DNA of 64,000 nucleotides from an uncultured beta proteobacterium (GTDB taxonomy: Bacteria; Pseudomonadota; Gammaproteobacteria; Burkholderiales; Casimicrobiaceae). The first letter of the stretch is position 1; each line of letters starts with the position of its first letter. The notes beneath the pieces are model-generated. The model made no database searches. It was not told the DNA's origin and was given only the letters and a program-made list of their open reading frames with translations. The position numbers and the translations under genes were made by a program. Positions 37,204 through 49,772 of the stretch are shown here, one piece after another. The DNA lies in NCBI GenBank assembly GCA_963798655.1, contig CAWCUH010000007.1, forward strand, positions 303,423 through 367,422, in the 5' to 3' direction.

Positions 37204-38919
37204 ATGGCCACCCACGCCACCGCCGCGCCGAACATCAGCGGCCTCGCCCGCGCGCTGGTTCAGCACGGCATGATGGCCGAGCACGAAGCCGAGGGCCTGC
37301 AGACGCAGGCGCAGGCGGCGAGCATCAGCTTCGTGCAGCAGATGCTCGTCGGCAAGCGGATGAGCGCGACGCAGATGGCGGTGTTCGCCTCGCGGGCATT
37401 CGGCGTTCCGCTGCTCGATCTCGACGCGTTCGACCTCGACCAGATCCAGAAGGAGCACGTCGACACCAAGATTGCCGCGGAGCGGCGGGTTCTGCCGCTG
37501 CACAAGCGCGGCAACCGGCTCTACGTGGCGACGTCCGACCCGGCGAACCTGCAGGCGCTCGACGAAGTCCGCTTCAAGACGAACCTCGTGATCGAGCCGG
37601 TCGTCGTCGAGGACGACAAGCTCGGGCAGGCGATCGCGAAGCTGATCGAGGCGACCGGCACGACGCTCAACGACGCGGCGGACATGGACGACCTCGACGT
37701 GAGCCTCGCCGAGGGCACGCCGTCTGCGTTCGAAGAGGATTCCGAGGTCGAGGACGCGCCGGTCGTCAAGTACATCCAGAAGATCCTGCTCGACGCGATC
37801 GGCGCCGGCGTGTCCGACATCCACTTCGAGCCCTACGAGAAGTACTACCGCATCCGCTATCGCCTCGACGGCATCCTGAGCGAGATCGCGCAGCCGCCGC
37901 TCGCGATCAAGGACAAGGTCGCGTCGCGGATCAAGGTCATCAGCAAGCTCGACATCGCCGAGAAGCGCGTGCCGCAGGACGGCCGGATGAAGCTCGTCCT
38001 GTCGAAGAACAAGGCGATCGACTTCCGCGTGTCCACGCTGCCGACGCTCTACGGCGAGAAGATCGTGATGCGCATCCTCGATTCGGCCGGCGTGAAGCTC
38101 GGCATCGAGGCGCTCGGCTACGACCCCGATCAGCAGCAGGCACTGCTGCATGCGATCGGACGGCCGTACGGCATGATCCTCGTCACCGGCCCGACTGGGA
38201 GCGGCAAGACGGTTTCGCTGTACACGTGCCTCAACATCCTGAACCAGCCGGGCATCAACATCTCGACCGCCGAGGATCCCGCCGAAATCCAGCTGCCCGG
38301 CGTGAACCAGGTCAACGTCAACGACAAGGCCGGTCTCACGTTCGCGACGGCGCTGCGCGCGTTCCTGCGGCAGGATCCGGACATCATCATGGTCGGCGAA
38401 ATCCGCGACCTCGAGACGGCGGACATCGCGATCAAGGCGGCGCAGACCGGCCACCTGGTGCTCTCGACGCTGCACACGAACGACGCGCCGACGACGCTCA
38501 CGCGGCTGCTCAACATGGGCGTCGCGCCGTTCAACGTCGCGTCCTCGGTGATCATGATCACGGCACAGCGGCTCGGCCGCCGGCTGTGCACGCAGTGCAA
38601 GAAGCCGGAGGACATCCCGGCCGAAGCGCTGCTGCGCGCGGGATTCGCCGAAGAGGATCTCGACGGCACATGGCAGCCGCTCGGCCCGACCGGCTGCAGC
38701 CACTGCAAGGGCACCGGCTACAAGGGTCGCGTCGGCATCTACCAGGTGTTGCCGATCACCGATGAAATGCGCCTCGTCATCATGCGCAACGGCAACGCGC
38801 TCGACATCGCCGAGCAGTCGCGCAAGGAAGGCGTGCTCGACCTGCGGCAGGCGGGCCTGCGCAAGGTGAGGTCCGGCATGACCTCGCTCGAGGAAATCGA
38901 AGCGATCACGAACGAGTGA
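37204..38919 (+). CDS. pilB: type IV pilus assembly ATPase PilB (GspE family)
   Basis: 571 aa with Walker A GPTGSGKT, MVGEIRD, a CxxC...CxxC tetracysteine motif and an N-terminal T2SSE_N domain. Confidence 0.9.
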   Translation: MATHATAAPNISGLARALVQHGMMAEHEAEGLQTQAQAASISFVQQMLVGKRMSATQMAVFASRAFGVPLLDLDAFDLDQIQKEHVDTKIAAERRVLPLHKRGNRLYVATSDPANLQALDEVRFKTNLVIEPVVVEDDKLGQAIAKLIEATGTTLNDAADMDDLDVSLAEGTPSAFEEDSEVEDAPVVKYIQKILLDAIGAGVSDIHFEPYEKYYRIRYRLDGILSEIAQPPLAIKDKVASRIKVISKLDIAEKRVPQDGRMKLVLSKNKAIDFRVSTLPTLYGEKIVMRILDSAGVKLGIEALGYDPDQQQALLHAIGRPYGMILVTGPTGSGKTVSLYTCLNILNQPGINISTAEDPAEIQLPGVNQVNVNDKAGLTFATALRAFLRQDPDIIMVGEIRDLETADIAIKAAQTGHLVLSTLHTNDAPTTLTRLLNMGVAPFNVASSVIMITAQRLGRRLCTQCKKPEDIPAEALLRAGFAEEDLDGTWQPLGPTGCSHCKGTGYKGRVGIYQVLPITDEMRLVIMRNGNALDIAEQSRKEGVLDLRQAGLRKVRSGMTSLEEIEAITNE

Positions 38920-38936
38920 CGCGACACGGAGTCATC

Positions 38937-40171
38937 ATGGCCACCGCTACCACCGCCCAGCGACGCGACGTCAAGGAGTTCACCTACCTGTGGGAGGGCG
39001 TCGATCGCAGCAACCGGCAGGTGCGCGGCGAGTCGCGCGCGGCGTCCGAGACGGTCGTCACGACCAACCTGCGCCGCCAGGGCATACGCGTCCAGAAGAT
39101 CAAGAAGCAGGCGTTCCGCGGCGGCCGCAAGGTCGGCGAGAAGGACATCACGTTCTTCACCCGCCAGCTCGCGACGATGCTGCGCGCGGGCGTGCCGCTG
39201 CTGCAGTCGTTCGAGATCGTCGCCCGCGGCCACGCGAACGCGCGCTTCTCGCGGCTGATGATGGACATCAAGGCGCGGATCGAGGCGGGCTCGAGCATGT
39301 CGCAGGCGTTCCGCGAGTATCCGCAGCACTTCGACAACCTCTACTGCAACCTCGTCGCCGCGGGCGAAACGTCGGGCACGCTCGACGCGATCCTCGACCG
39401 GCTGGCCACCTACAAGGAAAAGATCCTTGCGATCAAGGCCAAGATCAAGGCCGCGCTGTTCTATCCGATGCCTCGGTCATCACCGTCGCGTTCGTCGTCG
39501 TGTGGGTCATCATGATCTTCGTGATCCCGGCGTTCAAGCAGGTGTTCCAGAGCTTCGGCGCCGACCTGCCGGTACCGACGCTGATGGTCATGACCATTTC
39601 CGACTTCTTCGTGTCAGCTACTGGTACGTGATGGCCGCGATCGCCTTCGGCAGGTCATCGCCGGGTTCATCATGATGCTCAAGCGCTCGGCCGCGTTTCG
39701 CTACGCCTACGATCGGCTGTCGCTCAAGTTCCCGGTCATCGGCAAGATCCTGGAGAAAGCCGACCATCGCGCGCTGGACGCGCACGCTCGCGACGATGTT
39801 CGCTGCCGGCGTGCCGCTGGTCGAATCGCTGGACGCCGTGGCGGGCGCTTCCGGCAACGCCGTCTACGCGGCCGGCACGAAGCGCATCCAGACGGAGGTG
39901 AGCACCGGCACCAGCCTTACGAACTCGATGACGAACACGAAGCTGTTCCCGTCGATGGTGCTGCAGATGACGCAGATCGGCGAGGAGTCCGGCTCGCTCG
40001 ACGCGATGCTGTCGAAGATCGCCGACTTCTATCGAGCGCGAGGTCGACGACGCCGTTGCGGCGCTGTCGAGCCTGCTGGAGCCGCTGATCATCGTCTTCC
40101 TCGGCGTGGTGATCGGGGGGCTCGTCATCGCGATGTACCTGCCGATCTTCAAGCTCGGCCAGGTCGTCTGA
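38937..40171 (+). pseudogene. pilC: type IV pilus platform protein PilC (GspF family) disrupted by five frameshifts
   Basis: PilC-like sequence is recovered only by hopping frames near 39470, 39616, 39651, 39761 and 40033. It ends ...[31 protein letters not shown] at 40171. Confidence 0.75.
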
Positions 40172-40247
40172 TCGAGCGACGCGGCGCGCGCGACCGAACG
40201 CGCCGCGCGCGAGCCGCGCATCGCGCGCTCGCGGGCCGTCGCTGCCG

Positions 40248-41090
40248 ATGCTCGCGATGATCGATCCGCTGTTCGCCACGGTCGCGGCGCTCGTCGTAGG
40301 GCTTTTCATCGGCAGCTTCCTCAACGTCGTCATCCATCGGCTGCCGAAGATGATGGAGCGCGAATGGCAGGCGCAGGCGTCCGACCTGCGCGGCGAGCCG
40401 GTGAGTGACGCTCCGCGCTACAACCTCGCGGTGCCTCGATCGGCGTGCCCGGCCTGCGGTCATCCGATCGCCGCGTGGGAGAACATTCCGGTCGTGTCGT
40501 GGCTCGCGCTGCGCGGCCGGTGCTCGGCGTGCAGGAGCGCGATCTCGGCGCGTTATCCGATCGTCGAGATCATTGCGGGGCTCCTCGCCGCGTACGCGAT
40601 CTGGCGGTTCGGGCCGACGCTGCAAGGCGTCGCCGCCTGCGCGCTGCTGTGGACGCTCGTCGCGCTGACCGCGATCGACATCGACACGCAGTACCTGCCC
40701 GACCAGATCACACTGCCGCTCGTCTGGGCGGGGTTGCTCGTGAACCTCTTCGACACGTTCGTGCCGCTCCGCTCGGCGGTGATCGGAGCGGTCGGCGGAT
40801 ATCTTTCGCTCTGGCTCGTCTACTGGGGATTCAAGCTGCTGACGGGCAAGGAAGGCATGGGGTACGGCGACTTCAAGCTGCTCGCCGCGCTCGGCGCGTG
40901 GGTCGGCTGGCAGATGCTGTTGCCGATCGTGCTGCTCGCGTCGGTCGTCGGGGCCGCCGTCGGCATTACGCTGATGGTCGCGTGGAAACGCGACCACAAG
41001 GTGCCGCTCGCGTTCGGGCCCTACCTCGCCATCGCCGGTGCGATCGCGCTGTTCTGGGGCCCCGCACTCGAGGCGATGTACCTGCCGTGA
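40248..41090 (+). CDS. pilD: prepilin peptidase / N-methyltransferase (A24 family)
   Basis: 280 aa with CPACGHPI...CSACRS zinc-type motif and GMGYGDFKLLAALGAW catalytic-Asp region. Confidence 0.9.
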   Translation: MLAMIDPLFATVAALVVGLFIGSFLNVVIHRLPKMMEREWQAQASDLRGEPVSDAPRYNLAVPRSACPACGHPIAAWENIPVVSWLALRGRCSACRSAISARYPIVEIIAGLLAAYAIWRFGPTLQGVAACALLWTLVALTAIDIDTQYLPDQITLPLVWAGLLVNLFDTFVPLRSAVIGAVGGYLSLWLVYWGFKLLTGKEGMGYGDFKLLAALGAWVGWQMLLPIVLLASVVGAAVGITLMVAWKRDHKVPLAFGPYLAIAGAIALFWGPALEAMYLP

Positions 41091-41707
41091 CGCTCGTCGT
41101 CGGATTGACCGGCGGCATCGGCAGCGGCAAGTCGGCTGCCGCCGAAGCATTTGCCGCGCTCGGCGCGCCGATCTGCGACACCGACCGTCTCGCGCATGCG
41201 CTGAGCGCGCCCGGACAGCCGGGATTCGACGCCATCGTGGGCCAATTCGGCACGGCGTTCGTCCGCGCCGACGGCACGCTCGACCGGGCGATGCTGCGCG
41301 AGCGCGTGTTCGCCGACGACCGCGCGCGCGCGGCGCTCGAATCGCTGCTCCATCCGATGATTCGCGACGCCGCGCTCGCCGAAGTCGCGTCGTGGCAGGC
41401 GCCGTACGGCTTGCTCGTCGTCCCGTTGCTGCTCGAGCGTGGCAACCTCAGCGCAATCGTCGCACGCGTGCTCGTCGTCGACTGTCCCGACGACGAGCAG
41501 GTGAGACGCGTGATGCGCCGCAGCCCCCTCGACGAGAGCGCGGTCCGCGCGATCATGGCGACGCAGCTCTCGCGCGCCGAGCGGCTCGCGCGCGCCGACG
41601 ACGTCATCGACAACTCGGGGCCGCCCTCGGCGATGGCGCCGCAAGTCGAGCTGCTCGATCGGCGATACCGCGCGCTCGCGGGCGCACCGGCCGTCGCGCG
41701 GACTTAA
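41087..41707 (+). CDS. coaE: dephospho-CoA kinase
   Basis: 206 aa from GTG 41087 (GTGA overlap with the pilD stop): VTLVVGLTGGIGSGKSAAA. Confidence 0.9.
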   Translation: MTLVVGLTGGIGSGKSAAAEAFAALGAPICDTDRLAHALSAPGQPGFDAIVGQFGTAFVRADGTLDRAMLRERVFADDRARAALESLLHPMIRDAALAEVASWQAPYGLLVVPLLLERGNLSAIVARVLVVDCPDDEQVRRVMRRSPLDESAVRAIMATQLSRAERLARADDVIDNSGPPSAMAPQVELLDRRYRALAGAPAVART

Positions 41708-41784
41708 GCGCACGCACGACTTCGGGCAGAATGTCGGGCAAGCGGCCGCACGAAGCCACATAGCGCCGCCCGCCCGACGCCGCC

Positions 41785-42543
41785 GTGATCCGCTACGAGC
41801 ACCCGCTGAACGAGCGCGTCCGCACGCTGATGCGGCTCGAGGACCTGTATGCGCGCGCCCGCTTCTTCGCCGACCAGACGACGGCGCCCGATCATCATGC
41901 GGCGCTGACCGCGCTGTTCGAGATCACCGACGTCGCCTCGCGCGCCGACCTCAAGACCGACGTGCTGCAGGAGCTCGAGCGCCAGAAGCAGCTGCTGGGG
42001 CCGCTGCGCAGCAACCCGGACATCGACTGCGCGGCGCTCGACGCGCTGATCGCCGGCATCGATCGCGTGAACGCGGAGCTGCTTGCGCAAACCGGCAAGC
42101 TCGGCGCGCACCTTCGCGACAACGAGTGGCTGATGACGATCAAGCAGCGGATGGCGATCCCGGGCGGGGTCTGCGAGTTCGATCTGCCCGCGTATCACTA
42201 CTGGCTCAACGCGGATCCGCGCGCGCGGCAGAACGACGTGAAGGCATGGCTCGCGCCGCTCTCGCCGCTGCACGACGGGCTCGCGATCATCCTGCGGCTG
42301 CTGCGCGAGAACGGCCGCTCGGGGCGGCACGTCGCATATCACGGCGTCTTCCAGCTGATGCTCACCACGTCGAAGGTCGCGCAGCTGCTGCGCCTCGCGG
42401 TGCCGCACGACCTGCCGTGCGTACCGGAGATCAGCGCCAACAAGTACGCGCTCAACATCCGCTTCATCGGCGTATCGGGGCTCGACCGTGGCAGCGTCAC
42501 CGACCGCGACGTCGAGTTCGAGCTGACGTTCTGCAACCTGTAG
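41785..42543 (+). CDS. zapD: cell division protein ZapD
   Basis: 252 aa ([21 protein letters not shown]...), in conserved coaE-zapD-yacG synteny. Confidence 0.85.
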   Translation: MIRYEHPLNERVRTLMRLEDLYARARFFADQTTAPDHHAALTALFEITDVASRADLKTDVLQELERQKQLLGPLRSNPDIDCAALDALIAGIDRVNAELLAQTGKLGAHLRDNEWLMTIKQRMAIPGGVCEFDLPAYHYWLNADPRARQNDVKAWLAPLSPLHDGLAIILRLLRENGRSGRHVAYHGVFQLMLTTSKVAQLLRLAVPHDLPCVPEISANKYALNIRFIGVSGLDRGSVTDRDVEFELTFCNL

Positions 42544-42589
42544 CGCGCGGCAACCTCGGCGCCGCAACGCGGTCGAACCGCTCGGAAAC

Positions 42590-42790
42590 ATGGCCCAAGC
42601 GCGAACATCGTCGCCGGTCCGCACCGTCGCCTGCCCGCAATGCGGCACGCCGGTCGAATGGAGCGCGCGATCACCCCATCGTCCGTTCTGCTCGGAGCGC
42701 TGCAAGCTGATCGATCTCGGTGCGTGGGCGTCCGAGCGCTATCGCGTGCCGGACGACGAGCCGCCCGACGAGGACGAAGGCGGCGCCTAA
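42590..42790 (+). CDS. yacG: DNA gyrase inhibitor YacG (zinc finger)
   Basis: 66 aa: [12 protein letters not shown]...[18 protein letters not shown]. Confidence 0.85.
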   Translation: MAQARTSSPVRTVACPQCGTPVEWSARSPHRPFCSERCKLIDLGAWASERYRVPDDEPPDEDEGGA

Positions 42791-42804
42791 GCGCTTGTCC
42801 GGCC

Positions 42805-43746
42805 CTAGTCGCTCCACGCGCCACGACGAAGCGCAACGCCATGCGCACCGTGGTCGATGGCGCTGTCGAGATCGGCGAGCGCGAGCCCGCCGAGCGCGAA
42901 CACCGGCAGCGGCGCGCCGGCCGCCCCCGCGGCAAAACCGTCCCAGCCGAGCAAGCGCGCGTTCGGGTGCGTCGGCGTCGTTGCCACGGGGCCGAGGACG
43001 ACGAAATCGAGCCCGAGCTCCGCCGCCTTCGCGATGTCGCCGCGCGTATGGCACGACGCGGCGCAGACGAGATCGTCGGGTCGCGATGTCGCACGGCCGA
43101 GCGCCGCGGACGTCCAGTGCACGCCCGCGCAGCCCCACGCTCGTGCGTCGCGCGCCTCGCCGTTCAGCAGCACGCGCGCGCCGCAGCGCGCGGCAAGCGG
43201 CAGCAACCGATCGGCGAGCGCACGCTGGCGCGCAAGCGGCCAGTCCTTCTCGCGCAACTGCACAAGCCGCAGCCCGGCGTCGAGCGCCCGCCGTGCGCGC
43301 TCGACGAAGGCGTCCTCGCCGATATCCGAGGCCATCGTGATGCCGTACGCGGTGGGCAGCGCCAGCGCGCGCAGCACGAGCGTGTTCGCCGGCAACAGCG
43401 GCGAAACGCTGAATGCCCCGGGCGTCTGCCACGCGAACGCCTGTCCGTCGCGACCGACCGGTGCGCCGACCCAATCGAGGACGCGGAAGAAATGGAGCTC
43501 GACATGCGCATGCGGATAGACGAAGCGCTGCACGAGCCAGGGCGCCGCGCGGCGAACATCGAGGCCGAGCTCCTCGTGCAATTCGCGATCGAGCGCTGCG
43601 CGCGGCGTTTCGCCCGGCTCGAGCTTGCCGCCCGGAAATTCCCAGTAGCCTGCGTAGACCTTGCCCGGCGGCCGCTGCGCAAGCAGCACCTGGCCGTCAC
43701 GGCGCAGAATCACCGCGGCCGCGACGCGAACGATGTCGTGGTTCAC
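42805..43746 (-). CDS. Nudix (MutT-like) hydrolase fused to thiamine-phosphate-synthase-like (TMP-TENI) domain
   Basis: 313 aa from GTG 43746 with Nudix box GGKLEPGETPRAALDRELHEELG. The C-terminal half has LVQLREKD...VLGPV...ALGG. Confidence 0.8.
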   Translation of the reverse strand: MNHDIVRVAAAVILRRDGQVLLAQRPPGKVYAGYWEFPGGKLEPGETPRAALDRELHEELGLDVRRAAPWLVQRFVYPHAHVELHFFRVLDWVGAPVGRDGQAFAWQTPGAFSVSPLLPANTLVLRALALPTAYGITMASDIGEDAFVERARRALDAGLRLVQLREKDWPLARQRALADRLLPLAARCGARVLLNGEARDARAWGCAGVHWTSAALGRATSRPDDLVCAASCHTRGDIAKAAELGLDFVVLGPVATTPTHPNARLLGWDGFAAGAAGAPLPVFALGGLALADLDSAIDHGAHGVALRRGAWSD

Positions 43747-44648
43747 GAAGCGCGCGGCGACTTGCGCGCGAGCGCTGCGGCGCCGGCGTAGCTTCGCGCG
43801 AACTGCCACGCGACGCGGCCGCTGCGCGAGCCGCGTTGCAGCGCGTATTGCAGCGCCTGCCGCTCGCGCGATGCGACTTCGCGCGCTGATTTCACCGGCT
43901 TCACGCCGAACGCGTCGAGCCAGCCAGCAACGGCGGCGAGGTAGTCGTCCTGGCTGAACGGATAGAACGAGATCCAGAGCCCGAACCGCTCGGACAGCGA
44001 GATCTTCTCCTCGACCGATTCGCCCGGGTGCACTTCCTCGCCGACATGCTTCGTCTCGAGGTTCTCGCTCATGTACTCGGGCAGCAGATGGCGGCGGTTG
44101 GACGTCGCGTAGATCAGCATGTTCGCCCCCGCCGCGGCGACGGTACCGTCGAGCATCACCTTCAGCGCCTTGTAGCCCGGCTCGCCGGTGTCGAACGTGA
44201 GATCGTCGCAGAACACGATGAATCGCTCGCGCCGACCGGCGGTGATCTCCGCGATGTCGGGCAGGTCGACGAGATCGCTCTTGTCGACCTCGATCAGCCG
44301 CAGGCCCTTGCCTGCATACTTGCCGAGCATCGCCTTCACCAGCGACGACTTGCCGGTGCCGCGCGAGCCGGTAAGCAGCACGTTGTTCGCCGGCAATCCG
44401 GCCACGAACTGCCGCGTGTTCTGGTCGATCGCGTGCTTCTGCTCGTCGATCGCGACGAGGTCGTCGAGACGGATCGTGTGCGGATGCGCGACCGGCTGCA
44501 GATGGCCGCGTCCGCCGCGCTTGCGCCAGCGGTACGCCGTCGCATGCCAATCGGGCGGCGGCGGCGCGGGCGGCAGCATCGCCTCGAGCCGATCGAGCAC
44601 GCCTTCGGCGCGCGCGAGGAGCCGATTGAAGTCGGCGAAGCTCAGCAT
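43743..44648 (-). CDS. AAA-type ATPase, DUF815 family
   Basis: 301 aa from ATG 44648 with Walker A GSRGTGKSS and Walker B FIVFCDDL. Confidence 0.8.
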   Translation of the reverse strand: MLSFADFNRLLARAEGVLDRLEAMLPPAPPPPDWHATAYRWRKRGGRGHLQPVAHPHTIRLDDLVAIDEQKHAIDQNTRQFVAGLPANNVLLTGSRGTGKSSLVKAMLGKYAGKGLRLIEVDKSDLVDLPDIAEITAGRRERFIVFCDDLTFDTGEPGYKALKVMLDGTVAAAGANMLIYATSNRRHLLPEYMSENLETKHVGEEVHPGESVEEKISLSERFGLWISFYPFSQDDYLAAVAGWLDAFGVKPVKSAREVASRERQALQYALQRGSRSGRVAWQFARSYAGAAALARKSPRAS

Positions 44649-45880
44649 CAGCTGCGGTAATCGGCGTTGATCGACACGTAGTCGTGCGAGAAGTCGCACG
44701 TCCACACCGTCGCGCTCGCCTCGCCGCGACCGAGCGCGACGCGCACGCCGATCTCGTCGCGCTTCATCACCCTCTGGCCGTCTTCCTCGCGATACGCGGG
44801 CGCGCGGCCGCCGTTCGCGACGACCTGCACGTCGTCGAGCCAGAACGATACGCGCGCCGGATCGAGGTCCGGCGGCGCGGCGTTGCCGATCGCGCAGACG
44901 ATGCGCCCGAGATTGGGATCGGACGCGAAGAAGGCGGTCTTCACGAGCGGTGAATGCGCGATGCCGAGCGCGATGCGTCGACACTCGGCGCCGTCCGCTC
45001 CGCCGTGGACGGTGACCGTGATGAACTTGGTTGCGCCTTCGCCGTCGCGGACGATCGCCTGCGCGAGCGCCGTCGCGACGCAGGCGACGGCAGACCGAAC
45101 CGCCGGCAGCCGGGAATCGTCGGCGCGCTCGATCGGCGCGATCGCGGCGCGACCCGTCGCGGCCACGACGAAGCTGTCGTTGGTCGACGTGTCGCCGTCG
45201 ACGGTGGCGCAATTGAACGACACGTCGGCAATCTCGCGCACGAGCGGCGCAAGAATGCGCGGCGCGATCGGCGCGTCGGTCGCGACCAGCGCGAGCATCG
45301 TCGCCATGTCCGGATGGATCATGCCGGCCCCCTTGGCGATGCCCGTCACGGTGATCGACACGCCGTCGACGTCGATGCGGCGCGACGCGCCCTTCGGCAC
45401 CGTATCCGTCGTCATGATCGCCCGTACGGCGTCGAGCCAACGGTCGGCGGCGAGCGCAGCGGCCGCGCGCGGAATCGCGGCGACCAGCTTGTCCACCGGC
45501 AGCGGCTCCATGATCACGCCGGTCGACAATGGCAGCACGTCGCGCGGCTCGCAGCCGAGCGCGGCGGCGACCGCGTCGCACGTCGCACGCGCATGCGCAA
45601 TGCCGCTCTGTCCCGTGCCCGCGTTGGCGTTGCCCGCGTTGACGATCAGCGCGCGGATCGCATGGCCGCCGGCGCCGAGATGATCGCGACAGACGCTGAC
45701 CGGTGCGGCGCAGAAGCGGTTCTGCGTAAAGACGCCGGCCGCGATCGTGCCCGGCTCGAACGCGACGAGCAGCACGTCGTCGCGCGACCAGTTCTTGATC
45801 CTCGCGGCAGCCGTCCCGAGACGTACGCCGGGAACGGCAAGCAGATCGCGAGCGTCAGGCGGCGTGTAGCGAACAGGCAT
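44648..45880 (-). CDS. argJ: bifunctional glutamate N-acetyltransferase / amino-acid acetyltransferase
   Basis: 410 aa from ATG 45880 with the autoproteolysis site region [11 protein letters not shown]. Confidence 0.9.
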   Translation of the reverse strand: MPVRYTPPDARDLLAVPGVRLGTAAARIKNWSRDDVLLVAFEPGTIAAGVFTQNRFCAAPVSVCRDHLGAGGHAIRALIVNAGNANAGTGQSGIAHARATCDAVAAALGCEPRDVLPLSTGVIMEPLPVDKLVAAIPRAAAALAADRWLDAVRAIMTTDTVPKGASRRIDVDGVSITVTGIAKGAGMIHPDMATMLALVATDAPIAPRILAPLVREIADVSFNCATVDGDTSTNDSFVVAATGRAAIAPIERADDSRLPAVRSAVACVATALAQAIVRDGEGATKFITVTVHGGADGAECRRIALGIAHSPLVKTAFFASDPNLGRIVCAIGNAAPPDLDPARVSFWLDDVQVVANGGRAPAYREEDGQRVMKRDEIGVRVALGRGEASATVWTCDFSHDYVSINADYRS

Positions 45881-45891
45881 TGCGCCGGTTG

Positions 45892-48624
<2,733 letters not shown>

Positions 48625-48650
48625 GGGTCCGGAAGTTTCGGCGGCGGCGT

Positions 48651-48682
48651 GAAAAAACAAGGGGTGACGACCGCTCACCCCT
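48651..48682 (-). terminator. intrinsic-terminator-like hairpin plus U6 tract immediately upstream of secA
   Basis: The minus-sense RNA is AGGGGUGA-gcggucg-UCACCCCU-UGUUUUUUC. It lies 107 nt after the M23 peptidase stop and ends about 27 nt before the secA ATG. Confidence 0.5.
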
Positions 48683-48788
48683 CGTTACGTGCAAATCGCG
48701 ATCAAGTCGGGAGATTGGGGTCAGGATCGCGATGTGTCATGGCGACTGTGACCGCGATTTCCTCCGCCAATTTCCACCGCAATTTTCG

Positions 48789-49712
48789 TCAGCCTGACGG
48801 CTGCAGGAACCGCGCGGGATTCTGCGGCACGCCGTTCAGCCGCACTTCGAAGTGCAGGTGCGGACCCGTCGAGCGACCGGTCGATCCGACGGCGGCGACG
48901 CGTTGCCCGCGCACCACCAGGTCGCCTTCGTGCACGAAAACCTGCGACGTGTGCGCGTAGCGGGAAACGAGGCCGTTGCCGTGGTCGATCTCGACCATCC
49001 TACCATACTGCGGGTGCAGCCCCGCCGCGACGACCTTGCCGCTCGCGGCAGCGACGATCAGCGTGCCGGCTTCGGCCGGAAAGTCGATGCCCTCGTGAAA
49101 CGATTGCGCGCCGGTGAACGGATCGATGCGGTAGCCGAAGTTCGACGAGAACCAGCCGTCGACGATCGGCGCGAGCGTGGGCAGGAACTTGCGACGCGCC
49201 GACGTCTGCACGAGCAGCGCCTCGAGCACGCCGAGCTGGTCGGAGCGCTCGTCGACCTGCCGGCCGAGCCGCTCGACGACGTCGGCAAACTCGCTCACCG
49301 ACAGCGAGCGCGCCGGCAGCGACGACTCCGCGCCGCCGCGTCCCGGCACGGTGCCCGGCTGCAGCGACGGCAACTCCTGCGGCTTCAGTCCGGCGAGCTT
49401 CGCGAGCCGCTCGCCGAGGCCCTCGAGCCGCATGATCTGCGCCTGCAGCTCGCCCACGCGCATCGCCATCGTCTTCAGGTGCGCATCGACGAGCTGTCGC
49501 GTGCGCTGCGCCTCCTCGCGCTGATCGGCCAGCACGATCGCGTCGAGCCACGGATGGTGGATCGCCGCGGCATACTTGAGCGTGACGAAGTTGAACGCGA
49601 ACGTGAACGCGACGAAAAGCACGGCGAGCGAGAACCCGCCGAGCGCCCAGTGGCGCCAGTCGAGCGTCAGCGTACGAGCGCGTGACGTGCTCGACACCAG
49701 TATGATGTTCAC
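48789..49712 (-). CDS. M23 family metallopeptidase (murein DD-endopeptidase-like)
   Basis: 307 aa from GTG 49712 with an N-terminal TM helix, a coiled coil, HEGIDF and STGRSTGPHLHFEV. Confidence 0.85.
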   Translation of the reverse strand: MNIILVSSTSRARTLTLDWRHWALGGFSLAVLFVAFTFAFNFVTLKYAAAIHHPWLDAIVLADQREEAQRTRQLVDAHLKTMAMRVGELQAQIMRLEGLGERLAKLAGLKPQELPSLQPGTVPGRGGAESSLPARSLSVSEFADVVERLGRQVDERSDQLGVLEALLVQTSARRKFLPTLAPIVDGWFSSNFGYRIDPFTGAQSFHEGIDFPAEAGTLIVAAASGKVVAAGLHPQYGRMVEIDHGNGLVSRYAHTSQVFVHEGDLVVRGQRVAAVGSTGRSTGPHLHFEVRLNGVPQNPARFLQPSG

Positions 49713-49772
49713 GCGGCGTCCTCCCCGATTTGCGTCGTAGTATTCGACGCAGCTCGCCAAGCCCGGCCCAAC

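Noticed and set aside
42805-44550. 581-aa ORF suggesting one large protein.
   Set aside because: The upstream portion is an alternative frame of the DUF815 ATPase gene. The Nudix protein most plausibly starts at GTG 43746, just after that gene's stop.
48625-48678. In-frame GTG at 48678 as the secA start (18-codon N-terminal extension).
   Set aside because: The SecA N-terminus [14 protein letters not shown] aligns with the conserved family start. The extension would place a terminator-like hairpin inside the coding sequence. It is kept only as an alternative in the secA finding.
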